NCBI GenBank assembly: GCA_963691875.1
Contig: OY829846.1
Coordinates: forward strand, 1,472,001-1,536,000
Direction: 5' to 3'
Origin: Aureliella sp.
GTDB taxonomy: Bacteria; Planctomycetota; Planctomycetia; Pirellulales; Pirellulaceae
DNA: 64,000 bases
Shown here: positions 63,637-64,000 of the stretch, in pieces
Layout of the letters: each line of letters begins with the position of its first letter
Numbering within the stretch: the stretch's first letter is position 1
Notes under the pieces: model-generated
Seen by the model: only the letters and a program-made list of their open reading frames with translations
Told to the model about the DNA's origin: nothing
The model's database searches: none
Made by a program: the position numbers and the translations under genes

Positions 63637-64000
63637 TCAGTAATCCCTCGAAGTTATCAATTCTGCAGCAATGCTGTCGCAGGCTTGAGGTGGAACGCTG
63701 CCAAAGCAGTTGGTCGCCACCAACACGAAGAACTCTCTTTTTGGAGCCACCCAGGCAACACAGTACCAGGTGGTGTTCGAGCTGGCATGATTCAGCACTT
63801 CTCCTCCCCCCCACTCTCTGTCAAGTAGGATCCAGCCACCAGCATAGCGCATCCCGCTTTCTAACCTGGTTCTGGTAAGTTCCCGCCAAATCTCTTCTTT
63901 GATTCCCAATTTTTCGATAGTTGGCTTGGCAGAAGCAAAAAGCGTCACAAACTTAGCCCAGTCTTTCATGGTCATGTGGCAGCGGCCAGCAGGCCCCAGA
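63637..64000 (-). CDS. Beta-lactamase-family (serine hydrolase) C-terminal part; runs off the window edge
   Basis: GPAGRCHMTMKDWAKF, YAGGW, LNHASSNT (H-x-G-S triad position), VLVATN. Confidence 0.8.
   Translation of the reverse strand, partial: LGPAGRCHMTMKDWAKFVTLFASAKPTIEKLGIKEEIWRELTRTRLESGMRYAGGWILLDREWGGGEVLNHASSNTTWYCVAWVAPKREFFVLVATNCFGSVPPQACDSIAAELITSRDY

Noticed and set aside
1..64000. CRISPR arrays, tRNA/rRNA genes, transposases, integrases or prophage genes
   Set aside because: No regularly spaced direct repeats, cloverleaf/T-loop signatures or mobile-element protein motifs seen by eye

Overview
A gene-dense bacterial chromosomal segment whose content is typical of Planctomycetota, probably Pirellulales. 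This assignment is inferred from the gene families present: DUF1559 pilin-like protein, ASPIC/UnbV-CRTAC1 paralogs, TadE/vWA cluster, PEP-CTERM protein and an ECF sigma factor coupled to a Ser/Thr kinase. Housekeeping blocks are argB-argD-argF, leuC-leuD, sdhC-sdhA-sdhB and a TrmH-family methyltransferase. Accessory blocks are: (i) DUF11 protein, 2x TadE and a vWA/TadG-like protein; (ii) a duplicated TPR + CRTAC1 array followed by a membrane protein, a DUF1559 gene and its lipoprotein partner; (iii) PEP-CTERM, ECF sigma and a receptor-type kinase with a degenerate anti-sigma domain and a DJ-1/PfpI ectodomain; (iv) a coupled pair of giant membrane proteins (1191 and 2211 aa) that appear to be built from three homologous ~1000-aa modules. 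Several gaps hold decayed genes (an EF-G C-terminal fragment, a Zn-ribbon membrane gene, a membrane-LRR gene), and two gaps contain hairpin-rich stretches that may be structured RNAs. I saw no rRNA, tRNA, CRISPR array or transposase. All product calls come from motif recognition by eye; no database search was run.
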